NCBI GenBank assembly: GCA_003144275.1
Contig: NJBF01000033.1
Location: 17,443 to 49,442, forward strand
DNA length: 32,000 bases
From: Candidatus Heimdallarchaeota archaeon B3_Heim
GTDB lineage: Archaea > Asgardarchaeota > Heimdallarchaeia > Hodarchaeales > Hodarchaeaceae
Reading direction: 5' to 3'
The notes beneath the pieces were generated by a model that was given only the letters and a program-made list of their open reading frames with translations, made no database searches and had not been told where the DNA came from. The translations under genes were made by a program, and so were the position numbers. This document shows, piece by piece, positions 1 through 9,368 of the stretch (position 1 is the first letter of the stretch; every line of letters begins with the position of its first letter).

Positions 1-2
1 CC

Positions 3-914
3 CAATTAAAGCAGAAATTATTTTTACATAGAGAAAAACGGGTTAAACCGGTTTTAAACGATAATATTATTCTGTCTTGGAATGCGATTACCATCCTTGC
101 CTTTGCTCGTGCTTCCTTCATTTTGAGTGATCCTGAATATTTAGATGTGGCAGAGCAATCACTTAATTCTTTAGTAACTCTACTTCAAGATCAAGCGACA
201 GGTCGTTTGCGACGCACATTTCGGAAGCAACCTCGCGGGTGGGCTTTTTCGGAAGATTACACTCTCTTGATACAGGCTATCTTAGAACTCTTTGGTTTAA
301 CTGGCAAAAGAAAATACTTGGAATTGTCTTTACAGTTTCAACGGATCTTAGACGATCATTTTTGGGATGAAACCAATTCGGGGTACTATTTTACTGGTTC
401 ATGGGTAAAAGATACCATTGTACGGGAAAAACCTGTGATAACGTTTTCAATTCCCAATTCTAATGCCGTTGCTTTGGAAAATCTCCTTAAATTATATCAT
501 TATACTGGTGAAAGTGATTTTCTTAAAAGAGCGGATGCTCAAGTGGCGTTCCTCCTCGGTTGGTTCGAAGAATATGAAACTTTCAATGGAGAGGCCTTAC
601 TCTCCCTCAATTTATATGAACATAAACCAGTTGAATGTATCTATTTTGGAGGTTCTGATCTTAGCGAGACAGATAAAATAATGGATTATTATCGGAGTAC
701 TTTTCTCCCAAATTCAATTTTCCTTAATGTTTCAAAAGAGACGTTCAACGATTTGAAGGACTTGCCTTTAGTTCGTGATCGATTCAAAGAATCTTTGGAG
801 TATCCTTTGGGCAAGGCAACAACTTTCATTTGTAAAGATCTCACTTGTTCAGTTCCTTTAAAAACAGGAACAGAAATCGATCTTTATTTAAATAGTGATT
901 TGGGTGATAAATAG
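3..914 (+). CDS. yyaL: Thioredoxin-domain/YyaL (SPATA20-like) family protein, C-terminal (alpha/alpha)6 barrel part; 5' end lies outside the window
   Basis: The frame is open from base 3: QLKQKLFLHREKRVKPVLNDNIILSWNAITILAFARA matches the YyaL R-x-x-P-x-x-DDK-x-L-x-x-WN motif. EDY, FWDETNSGYYFT, PNSNAV and the C-terminal ICKDLTCSVP are also typical. The ORF-track start at 123 is internal. Confidence 0.85.
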   Translation, partial: QLKQKLFLHREKRVKPVLNDNIILSWNAITILAFARASFILSDPEYLDVAEQSLNSLVTLLQDQATGRLRRTFRKQPRGWAFSEDYTLLIQAILELFGLTGKRKYLELSLQFQRILDDHFWDETNSGYYFTGSWVKDTIVREKPVITFSIPNSNAVALENLLKLYHYTGESDFLKRADAQVAFLLGWFEEYETFNGEALLSLNLYEHKPVECIYFGGSDLSETDKIMDYYRSTFLPNSIFLNVSKETFNDLKDLPLVRDRFKESLEYPLGKATTFICKDLTCSVPLKTGTEIDLYLNSDLGDK

Positions 915-1070
915 TCCTAATATTACAAGTAGATTCTTTACTACAATCCCACGTTAGTTCATCTCTTAAGGACTACTCAACAATGAGTAAATAAGAAATA
1001 TTTAAGTAGAGCCTGTCTTGATTGGTGACCATATCTTTAATTTTATGAATACTCTTAGAACCAGCTAAAT

Positions 1071-2159
1071 GTGATTTTTATGGATCCTCAGGAACAAAAA
1101 GAAGTGATTATAGGACCTGCCATTGTAGCGGGTGCAAATGCTATGCGTGCTCTTGATGCACCTGTCAGATATCCTTTAACACTGAAAAATTTTGATCTTA
1201 TGATCCAACGTCAGGTAGCAAGTGATCCCATTAGATATATATATGTTCCTGATCCCGTTCTGGTACCCTCACGATCCATATTCATCGTATTGATTGAACA
1301 TCTAATCGGTACAATCTTAGTCCTATTACTCTTATTTTCCAGGAAAGCTTCTTCCACTCTCAAATCACAGATTAGTACTTTTGATAGACGAGATTGGATA
1401 TCTTTTTTCTTAATGTCAGCAGGTTCAGGTTTGGGACTCTTTTTCTTTATGATTGCCTTTAGTCATGGAAGTCCAACTATTGCTATCCTTCTGCAAAAAA
1501 GTCAACCCTTTATTACGTTACTCTTTGCAATGGTGGTATTACAGGAACGTCCCTCCAAGTGGTTCTACTTCTCTCTGCTTGTTGCTATTTTTGGCATCTA
1601 TCTTATGATATTTGAGACTTTTGGTTCAGGATCCACAGATGAACTAATGGCAGCTGTGTTTTCTCTTGTTGCTGCGATTTTTTGGGGATCAAATACAGTA
1701 TGGGGACGAATTTTAACTGAGAAAGTTGATTATTGGAATCTAACTACACTACGATATATCGGAGGATCAGCAATACTGATCGTTGTTAATCTTTTAGTTG
1801 GAGCCTACAATCCTGACAACTTCGGAGTTTTATCAGAGACGATAATCACTTTCGGCTCTGATTTTGCTATTCCAATCAACGCGTTAGTTGCAATAGCTCT
1901 GGTAACAATATTTACTGGCGGAATCTTTCCTTTAGCGCTGTACTATTATGGATTACGCTGGTCACGAGCTTCTGTTGGTGGAATTGCTGAACTAGCATTT
2001 CCTATTCTAGCGATTTTTGTAAATTTCTATTTTCTAGGTTTTGGACTCACTGAAATGCAAATAGTAGGGGCGATTATTCTATTCATTATCGTCTCGTTAA
2101 TGAGTTATATCAACAAGATTGAACACGAGCAGTCTACTATAGATACCACAAGTGCCTAG
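1071..2159 (+). CDS. EamA/DMT family transporter (about 10 TM)
   Basis: Two EamA repeats: IEHLIG, QKSQPFITLLFAMVVLQER, AAIFWGSNTVWGR, ELAFPILA. Start is GTG 1071 or ATG 1080. Confidence 0.85.
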   Translation: MIFMDPQEQKEVIIGPAIVAGANAMRALDAPVRYPLTLKNFDLMIQRQVASDPIRYIYVPDPVLVPSRSIFIVLIEHLIGTILVLLLLFSRKASSTLKSQISTFDRRDWISFFLMSAGSGLGLFFFMIAFSHGSPTIAILLQKSQPFITLLFAMVVLQERPSKWFYFSLLVAIFGIYLMIFETFGSGSTDELMAAVFSLVAAIFWGSNTVWGRILTEKVDYWNLTTLRYIGGSAILIVVNLLVGAYNPDNFGVLSETIITFGSDFAIPINALVAIALVTIFTGGIFPLALYYYGLRWSRASVGGIAELAFPILAIFVNFYFLGFGLTEMQIVGAIILFIIVSLMSYINKIEHEQSTIDTTSA

Positions 2160-2201
2160 TATATGAAAAAGTATATTTCCTCTGCGAAAATAAATTTTCA
2201 A

Positions 2202-2504
2202 CTATTTTTCTTCTGATATACTAGAAGATTTGGCTTGTTCTAAACGAGGAATTAACCCCCAAAACTCTAAAAGAAGTATGAGACCAAATACTAAAGTAAA
2301 ACCTGGTAAATCATGCAGGAATGTTTTTACAAAAACATTATCACCAACGAAAGGGTTTAAGAGAAACGCAAATGCTATACCTGTAAGCCATACTATTAAG
2401 CCCACTAATATTCCCGAAATAAATCTTGTTGTTCTGGATCTTTGAGAGAGTTTGTAGATATCTTCGATTGGTTTTGGTATTCTTTGTGAGATCACTGAGT
2501 TCAC
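2202..2504 (-). CDS. Small hypothetical membrane protein (2 TM)
   Basis: 100-aa ORF with two hydrophobic helices that fills the gap between convergent neighbours. No family recognised. Confidence 0.6.
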   Translation of the reverse strand: MNSVISQRIPKPIEDIYKLSQRSRTTRFISGILVGLIVWLTGIAFAFLLNPFVGDNVFVKTFLHDLPGFTLVFGLILLLEFWGLIPRLEQAKSSSISEEK

Positions 2505-2603
2505 CTGTTAATTCGGTCTATTTCTCGTTTTAATATAAGACTTATTCTTTGATCTACTAATGTTGAGAGGGGGTCGTGTAGGAAGAATGAGTATTACTTG
2601 TTC

Positions 2604-3170
2604 CTAAATTTTCTTTTTTTTCTTAACAATTAGGGGGAGCAATAAAAATAGAATTAACTGGTTATGAAATCCAGAAACTTGATTTGAAGTTATTGATGTT
2701 GTTGGAGGAGTGGATGTATCCACTATGTTTATTGAAAAGTAAAAAAGATCGTCTGAGGCTTTACGAATTGAGTGTACATCAGAATAATCTAAACAGTCAG
2801 GAATATTAAACAGCGTACCATTCTCCAACTTGATTTCGAAGTTAAATCCAAGTATTGTCTCTGCTTCATACTCTGGGATAAATTCTATGCTGAAAAAACC
2901 AAAAACATTCCTTTCTAGTTGTAAACTTGGAAAGTGACAAATAAAAACTGGTTCTAAGGAGCAATAATGAAGCAATACGGAACTGATGGCTATTTCTAAA
3001 TTATTTCTAATTGTTAAATTGAGAGGTGTTTCTACAAGAAGAGATGTCCCATCTGGATCCTGTATAATTGTAAAAGGTTGTGATGCCTTGAGAGCAGAAC
3101 TAGGTTGACAAACGAAAAGAAAAAGGAATAGCATTCCATAAAGGAAACCTGTTTGATTTCGCTGAAACAT
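2604..3170 (-). CDS. Secreted/surface protein with a C-terminal sorting-signal-like tail (S/T linker, SGF, hydrophobic stretch, KKKKK)
   Basis: N-terminal signal peptide, a beta-rich domain with 3 Cys, and the tail TSTPPTTSITSNQVSGFHNQLILFLLLPLIVKKKKKI. Confidence 0.7.
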   Translation of the reverse strand: MFQRNQTGFLYGMLFLFLFVCQPSSALKASQPFTIIQDPDGTSLLVETPLNLTIRNNLEIAISSVLLHYCSLEPVFICHFPSLQLERNVFGFFSIEFIPEYEAETILGFNFEIKLENGTLFNIPDCLDYSDVHSIRKASDDLFYFSINIVDTSTPPTTSITSNQVSGFHNQLILFLLLPLIVKKKKKI

Positions 3171-3202
3171 ATATTAATCTCTCAAGAATCGCAATCACTT
3201 AT

Positions 3203-3871
3203 CTAAATTGGAGAAATCTTTCTCTTCTTCATCAAGAAGATAATAGTTATCGAACTTATAAGGTTAAAGAGTATAATAAATCCAGGGGAGGACTTGGAGC
3301 TAGTGTTTACACTCATCTCTGAAGTAGAAAGGGAGGAATATGTATAATCTATAACAATCAATTGATCTAAAGCAGAGATTATGCCTACATTATCAAACCC
3401 AATTTCTGTATACACAATGAAGCCTGATTGGTTAATGATGTACATTGTAGGAATATATCCAGTTCCGTAATCTTGATTCATATTAGATTCATCCAGTGAA
3501 ACAATCCATGACATATTATGCTCTTGTACAAAAGAAATCACCTTGTCATACGATTCATCTGGATCGATATCAATAGAGATGATTTCAAGATCAGTGCTAT
3601 TACAAGAATTCTGAATCTGTTTGATTTGAGGAATTGCCTGAATGCATGGACCACACCAGGTTGCGAATAGATCAAGAATTACAACTTTGCCCAAATAGTC
3701 TGATAGTTGTGAACTTGTATTAGAATAAATATTAACCATATCAAAATTTGGAGCGAGCTCTCCAACTGATAATTCTTGCGGAGAAGCGATTGTATTAGAC
3801 ATCCCAGGAATAATTGCCAATAAATTGAAGAAAAGTATTGGAAGTAGCCTGAAAATTTTTTTTAAGTGCAT
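3203..3871 (-). CDS. Exported TlpA/ResA-like thiol-disulfide oxidoreductase with a PGF-CTERM-like tail
   Basis: GKVVILDLFATWCGPC, the cis-Pro loop YIPTMYIINQSG, a signal peptide, and the tail SSPGF-hydrophobic-KKRK. ATG 3871 (MHLKK) is preferred over 3907. Confidence 0.85.
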   Translation of the reverse strand: MHLKKIFRLLPILFFNLLAIIPGMSNTIASPQELSVGELAPNFDMVNIYSNTSSQLSDYLGKVVILDLFATWCGPCIQAIPQIKQIQNSCNSTDLEIISIDIDPDESYDKVISFVQEHNMSWIVSLDESNMNQDYGTGYIPTMYIINQSGFIVYTEIGFDNVGIISALDQLIVIDYTYSSLSTSEMSVNTSSKSSPGFIILFNLISSITIIFLMKKRKISPI

Positions 3872-3935
3872 AATTTTTAGAATGTTAGAAGTTAGATATA
3901 AAGTCATTCAGTTACTAGTGTTAAGTGAGACGTTG

Positions 3936-4472
3936 ATGTCTGACTATACTAACATTTTAAATGCAGAAATAACCAAAGAAAAATATCAATGGCTTTTAAC
4001 ACGAATGGAACCATTTCTTCTCATGTTTCAAAAAGAAATTCACAATTCTAATGATAAATCTCATGGAATTACCACTTCTACGATACCAAACTTATTGGGA
4101 ATAGGTGAAGGTAGTACACCACAGTCAGATGATTTATATTTAGGAATCATTGCTACAATAAAATGTAAAGAACCCTCTCTCTCTGAGGTTCTTCAAAATT
4201 TATCGCTTATTAAATACGAAAGCTATACAACAAGAAAAAGTTCATCCTTAATTCGGTCTTTTCTTCGCTATAATTTTCCCGATGAAATAAAACCTATTAT
4301 AGAGCTCTTAAAGATTGATTTTCCTTCTACTGCGCATATCATGAAATTTAAAATGGAAATTCAAAAAATAAAACTGATTGGTGCCTCATCTGGGTACTAT
4401 TTTCTGGTTGGAGTGCTATGGCAACTCGAATATTATGAAAATCAGAAGCAAAATTTGATAGTGAAAAAATAA
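3936..4472 (+). CDS. DUF2877 (AllH/YahE-like) domain protein, short divergent form
   Basis: LLGIGEGSTPQSDDLYLG resembles LIGLGPGLTPSGDDFLxG; TTRKS and IGASSG resemble TTxxS and GHSSG. The ORF-track start at 3825 overlaps the divergent tlpA-like gene, so ATG 3936 is preferred. Confidence 0.65.
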   Translation: MSDYTNILNAEITKEKYQWLLTRMEPFLLMFQKEIHNSNDKSHGITTSTIPNLLGIGEGSTPQSDDLYLGIIATIKCKEPSLSEVLQNLSLIKYESYTTRKSSSLIRSFLRYNFPDEIKPIIELLKIDFPSTAHIMKFKMEIQKIKLIGASSGYYFLVGVLWQLEYYENQKQNLIVKK

Positions 4473-4497
4473 ACGACACAAGAATGAGTGTGATTGG

Positions 4498-5541
4498 ATG
4501 AAAGCTGTATTATTACACGAACATGGAGCAATTGAAAATTTAAAGTACGAGGATTTCCCTACTCCAGAACCCAAGTCAAATGAAGTTTTAGTAAAGATTC
4601 AAGGTGTTGCATTGAATCATTTGGACTTATTTGTACGAAAGGGATTACCTGGGTTAAAATTGGAAATGCCCCACATATTAGGATCTGATATTAGTGGTAC
4701 CATTAATGAGCTGGGATCCGCAGTATCTGAATTACACCTTACAGAAGGACAAAATGTTGTTATTGACCCAGGTATCTATTGTGGAACATGTGAATTCTGT
4801 TGTCAGGGACAACACTCATTATGCAATACTTATGGAATTCTTGGTGAACATAAACGTGGAGGATATGCAGAATATATAGCCATTCCTGCTCCTTTAGTTA
4901 TTCCTATACCCAAATCTAGTCCAATAAGTCCATTACATGCAGCAGCTGTTCCTTTAACGTTTATGACAGCCTATCACATGTTAATGGATCGTGCGAAAAT
5001 TAAATTGGGAGAGGATGTTTTAATTACAGGAATTTCAGGCGGGGTAGCTCTTGCCGCATTACAAATTGCAAAAACCGTTGGCGCACGGACTTTTGTAACT
5101 TCATCTTCTGATGAGAAATTGAAGCAAGCCAAAGATCTAGGAGCCGATTTTTTAATTAATTACAACACTACTCCTGACTATCACAAAGAAGTGTTCAAAA
5201 TGACACATAAAAGAGGTGTAGATATTGTGATAGATTCCGCAGGACAGGATACTTGGAAAAAAAGTATACGTTCATTGCGTAAAGGAGGACGTCTAGTCAC
5301 CTGTGGTGCAACTACAGGTCCGATTGCAGAAACAAATATTAATCTTTTATTTTGGAAGCAATTCGATCTTCTTGGTTCTACCATGGGGACTCGGGGGGAT
5401 TTGAATGCTGTGCTAGAACTTGTCTGGAAAGGTAGGTTGAAACCAGTTATTGATCGTGTTCTCCCGTTAAGAGAAGCTCAGGATGCACATAGACTACTAG
5501 AAAAAGGAGATCATTTTGGTAAGATAATTTTGCAACCTTAA
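4498..5541 (+). CDS. Medium-chain dehydrogenase/reductase (zinc-binding ADH-like/quinone oxidoreductase family)
   Basis: Structural-Zn motif CGTCEFCCQGQHSLC, PHILGSD, the nucleotide-binding ITGISGGVA, and GDHFGKIIL. ALNHLD replaces the catalytic-Zn Cys, as in QOR-like members. Confidence 0.9.
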   Translation: MKAVLLHEHGAIENLKYEDFPTPEPKSNEVLVKIQGVALNHLDLFVRKGLPGLKLEMPHILGSDISGTINELGSAVSELHLTEGQNVVIDPGIYCGTCEFCCQGQHSLCNTYGILGEHKRGGYAEYIAIPAPLVIPIPKSSPISPLHAAAVPLTFMTAYHMLMDRAKIKLGEDVLITGISGGVALAALQIAKTVGARTFVTSSSDEKLKQAKDLGADFLINYNTTPDYHKEVFKMTHKRGVDIVIDSAGQDTWKKSIRSLRKGGRLVTCGATTGPIAETNINLLFWKQFDLLGSTMGTRGDLNAVLELVWKGRLKPVIDRVLPLREAQDAHRLLEKGDHFGKIILQP

Positions 5542-5714
5542 TGAATAATACTGGAGATTTATGTATAAATACTTCCTATGGAATATAATTAGAAGAGGAA
5601 CTTGCCTATTTGAAAATTTTTGAAAACCAGATCCTTCCATCTATTGAATAGACATCGTATAAAGTGTTTTTCCAATAGGTATTAGAATATAATTAAAATC
5701 AGGATGTTACGCAC

Positions 5715-6524
5715 ATGTGGCGGAAGTTATATCAGTTATTAAAGGCTCAGGGTTTCCGACTCCCTCGAGAACATGGTTTAACTATCATTTGGACTGGTGC
5801 TATTAGTCTCGGGATTGGAATCTCTATAATGAATAATTCAGACATCATTGGACTGACCCTTTCCATATTGTTTTCTACTAGTATCCTATTTAGTGCGGAT
5901 TCATTGATGAAGCTGGCAAAAAATCCTAGCAAAGAGATTCAATGGTTACCAATACTTCTAATTGCTGGAACTGCTGGGATAATGCTACTGTGGACTTCTT
6001 TAAGAGCAGAATTAGTGTTTATTCTAATTATAATTGGAATTTTATCGACGGGGTGGATATTTTTCTCTTATAGAACTAAACAAGTAAATCCAATGGAGCT
6101 GGTTCTCGGATCGGTGTCTATTGGGTTACTTTCTCTGGTTATATTTCTTGCATCTGTTAAGAGTATATCACCAATTCTTTTACAACAAGGGGTAGTAATT
6201 GTTTGGGCATTTATTGGTGTTGCAATCGCGCATATTCAATATGTTGAGACTTTACGCGATAAATTGAGTATAAAACCCTTTTTCTTTACATGGATTCTAT
6301 TTTTAGGGAGTTTATTCATTCCAATTAGTCTTTCTAAAGTCACAATCTTCATTTTTCTACCTTTGATAGAGCCAACGATTTTTGTGCTGTTACAAACATA
6401 TCAGCAGGAGAGATTAAAAAATTCGAGACGTAAAATAAGAACAATTGGATTTCGTTTAATGTTTCGTCTTTGGTTTGCAGTAGTCTTAATGTTAGTATTT
6501 TATCCTTTGATCATAGTATCATGA
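5715..6524 (+). CDS. YwiC-like family integral membrane protein
   Basis: N-terminal LPREHG motif (YwiC-like P-x-[QE]-HG) followed by about 8 TM helices. Confidence 0.6.
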   Translation: MWRKLYQLLKAQGFRLPREHGLTIIWTGAISLGIGISIMNNSDIIGLTLSILFSTSILFSADSLMKLAKNPSKEIQWLPILLIAGTAGIMLLWTSLRAELVFILIIIGILSTGWIFFSYRTKQVNPMELVLGSVSIGLLSLVIFLASVKSISPILLQQGVVIVWAFIGVAIAHIQYVETLRDKLSIKPFFFTWILFLGSLFIPISLSKVTIFIFLPLIEPTIFVLLQTYQQERLKNSRRKIRTIGFRLMFRLWFAVVLMLVFYPLIIVS

Positions 6525-6531
6525 GACGAAG

Positions 6532-7302
6532 CTAGTTAGTTTTCTTTTCAAGATAAGCTTTTAACTGTAAATAAAGATCCTCTAACGTACCTGAATCATC
6601 AATTGGAAACTGAGGGTTTTCGCGATCTAAATCTGTGGTAATGATCTTATCTGGGGCAGTATTTGTTTCGATGAAAAAAGTCTTGATCCCAAGCTTTCCA
6701 GCAACCATATCATTAATTCTATCATTACCAATCATTGCACATTCATCTGGAGATTTGTTGATTTTTTCCAGGACTTCCTCATAATACGTGAGATACGGTT
6801 TTGCAGTAGAATAAGCATCGGCAACGGTTATTTCTAGCCAGGGAATTATATCTAATCCAATTTTACCCCAATTAAGTCTCTTTTCTGTTGCAATTCTTGG
6901 GAACAGGGGATTAGTAGCGGCTACCACATGAAAATGTTGGGATACAAGATGAAGTAAGGGCTGAGCAAATGGAGCTGGTGAAATAATTTGGGCCAATTGA
7001 TCAAATTGATAGGCATAAAAATGGAGGAATCGTTTTAAGATTTCTTCAAAAGGAAGATTTAGTTTTGGACTAAAGTGAGCAGCAAATTTCTCAAGGTTTG
7101 TAAGTCCTTCAGGTTCCTTTTCTAACATTGCATGAGTCGAAGTTAAGAATAATTTCATAAATTCTTCATAAGAAGATATCTCTTCGGTAAAATACGCATG
7201 AATATTCTTGCCATACATAGGAATGAACTCATTTTCATCAAACATGATCAAGGTATTGTCTAAATCGAATAAAAGTGTAGTAATTTCATTCCAGTTAATC
7301 AT
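6532..7302 (-). CDS. HAD-superfamily hydrolase (phosphatase)
   Basis: Motif I FDLDNTL, motif II ATNP, motif III AKP, motif IV MIGNDRINDM. Confidence 0.9.
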   Translation of the reverse strand: MINWNEITTLLFDLDNTLIMFDENEFIPMYGKNIHAYFTEEISSYEEFMKLFLTSTHAMLEKEPEGLTNLEKFAAHFSPKLNLPFEEILKRFLHFYAYQFDQLAQIISPAPFAQPLLHLVSQHFHVVAATNPLFPRIATEKRLNWGKIGLDIIPWLEITVADAYSTAKPYLTYYEEVLEKINKSPDECAMIGNDRINDMVAGKLGIKTFFIETNTAPDKIITTDLDRENPQFPIDDSGTLEDLYLQLKAYLEKKTN

Positions 7303-7524
7303 GATAAGTACCGATCCGGAATTTATCCAGAAAAGTGTTAAATAAAAATATTATTTTGTTACTCCCAGAAAATTCGACCGAAAATTCATTTAGGTAGAGA
7401 TTATTAGTGAGATTCCTTTCCTCTGATTTTTGCGTGTTCCTCGCTTCTTAAAACAAATGGTTTATTAAGAAACTACTGACAAGCCATTAATGTACGAGAA
7501 AAAGGATAAAAGGATGATAGAAAA

Positions 7525-9087
7525 ATGACAAGTCCAATGAGACCAGTTTCACGGAAGAAATCAAGCGCATTAAAGTTCACTGCTGAAAAAGTAAGAATAT
7601 ATCCAAAAAATACAGTAATTCTTTCACCAGAGACTGGTTTGTTTAAGGGGAGTTTCAAAAATCCGCAACTTCAATTAATATCCCCAACACAAACCGTCTT
7701 TACCGAGCATATCGTCATCTCTGACCATGTACCCGTCGATAAGATATGGATTTCAAAACAGATGCTAAATGAATTAGATGCAGAGGACGGGGATATTATT
7801 CAAGTATTACCTCTAAGTCGCACACCACCCGATTCTTATTATTTAATCCGTAAACGAATGATGCATAGAAGAGCATTCAAGGGTAATGAAATAGAACAAG
7901 TTGTTAATGATATTGCATATCACAGATTGAATCAATTAGAAAAAGCTGCTTTTGTACTTTCTCAAATCTTTGAACCGTTTAATATGGATGAGATTGAAGA
8001 ATTAACAAAGGCTATGGCTCAAACAGGAGAGATGATAGATTTCGGCCAGCACACAGTCTTTGACAAACATTCTACTGGGGGTGTTCCCGGTAATAAGGTA
8101 ACTCTTTTGATTGTGCCGATTATCGCCGCCTCTGGATTATTAATTCCCAAAACAAGTAGTCGAGCAATTACTAGCCCTTCAGGTACGGCAGATACTATGG
8201 AAGCACTGGGATGTGAGGTCATTTTTACCTCAGATGAACTAGTGGAAATTTCCCAAAGAACTAAAGGAATGATTGTATGGGGCGGAGGATTCAATCTTGC
8301 ACCAGCTGATGATATTCTAATTAAAGATGTTGAATTTCCACTAGGAGTAAATCCCACTTCGATGATGCTTGCATCAATTATGTCTAAGAAGCTGGCCACT
8401 GGGATTCATTTTCTCGTGATGGACCTACCTACTGGACCCGGTACTAAAATCTCTGATATAGGAACAGCCCAAGCTCTAGGTAGAGAATTTGCTGAGCTAG
8501 GAAGACGTCTAGAAATTAGAGTTGAAAGTGGAATTACTTTTGGAGCATCTCCAGTAGGTCATACTGTGGGAAGCGCTTTAGAAGCCCAAGAAGCTCTTCA
8601 GACATTAATAAATCCCAAAGAAGGCCCATCTAGTTTAGTAGAAAAGTCCTGCGAGTTGTCAGGGATATTACTAGAGATGGCTGGTAAAGCTCTTAGAGGG
8701 CAAGGTCGGGAACTGGCAAAACAAATCCTTTATAGTGGAAAAGCGATAGAAAAATTCCGAGAAATCATCGAAGCCCAATCAGCCAATCGAGATATGAAAC
8801 CTGACGATATTGAAATTGGACAGTATTCTATTGAAATTCCTGCTCCTTCCTCTGGCTGGATAGTTCAAATTGATAATGTTAAAATTGCTGAAATTGCTCG
8901 AACCGCAGGTTGTCCCAAAGATAAAGGTGCCGGTATCGTCTTTTTAAAGAAGAAGGATGCTGTTAAACGGGGTGAATCATTAATTCGGATTTATTCATCT
9001 TCTGAATCCCGTCTATCTGCCGCTGAAGGTAAATTTGCTAAGTTAAATCCTATTACTATTGAAGGGATGCTCATAGGTCGAGTTTAG
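7525..9087 (+). CDS. deoA: AMP phosphorylase/thymidine phosphorylase family protein, paralog 1 (putative catalytic Asp replaced by Asn)
   Basis: DKHSTGGVPGNK, PKTSSRAITSPSGTAD, LAPADD, LASIMSKK, DLPTGPGTK, ARTAGCPKDKGAG, and the archaeal N-terminal beta-barrel extension. It reads GVNP where the family has xIDP. Confidence 0.92.
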   Translation: MTSPMRPVSRKKSSALKFTAEKVRIYPKNTVILSPETGLFKGSFKNPQLQLISPTQTVFTEHIVISDHVPVDKIWISKQMLNELDAEDGDIIQVLPLSRTPPDSYYLIRKRMMHRRAFKGNEIEQVVNDIAYHRLNQLEKAAFVLSQIFEPFNMDEIEELTKAMAQTGEMIDFGQHTVFDKHSTGGVPGNKVTLLIVPIIAASGLLIPKTSSRAITSPSGTADTMEALGCEVIFTSDELVEISQRTKGMIVWGGGFNLAPADDILIKDVEFPLGVNPTSMMLASIMSKKLATGIHFLVMDLPTGPGTKISDIGTAQALGREFAELGRRLEIRVESGITFGASPVGHTVGSALEAQEALQTLINPKEGPSSLVEKSCELSGILLEMAGKALRGQGRELAKQILYSGKAIEKFREIIEAQSANRDMKPDDIEIGQYSIEIPAPSSGWIVQIDNVKIAEIARTAGCPKDKGAGIVFLKKKDAVKRGESLIRIYSSSESRLSAAEGKFAKLNPITIEGMLIGRV

Positions 9088-9090
9088 TCA

Positions 9091-9128
9091 ATTTATTTCT
9101 CTCTTCCCCTTTTTTATTGGTTATTTTT
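9091..9128 (+). terminator. Candidate archaeal oligo(T)/pyrimidine-tract terminator after paralog 1
   Basis: The tract atttatttctctcttcccctttttttattggttatttt lies immediately after the stop at 9087. Confidence 0.45.
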
Positions 9129-9368
9129 GAGCGTGTTAATGAATTCTCTAGCTGAAATTTCCCAAAAAGAAAGCTGTAAAAAAGGCCAGTGATTTAGTAA
9201 AACAATAAGTTAGTAAAGAGTATTCACAATAGATAATCAATTTAACGAGTCTTTCTCCATTCAATAAGAGATATAGCTAAACTCATCACTCTAGAATCTC
9301 GGGGAAGATTTTGTATTCTAAGGGTGAGATTTTTCTCTTTATCCACTGTAGAACAGGATGTACAATAT

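Noticed and set aside
3825-3935. Apparent head-to-head overlap between the tlpA-like and DUF2877 ORFs
   Set aside because: It disappears when the downstream ATGs (3871 on minus, 3936 on plus) are used, which leaves a normal 64-bp gap.
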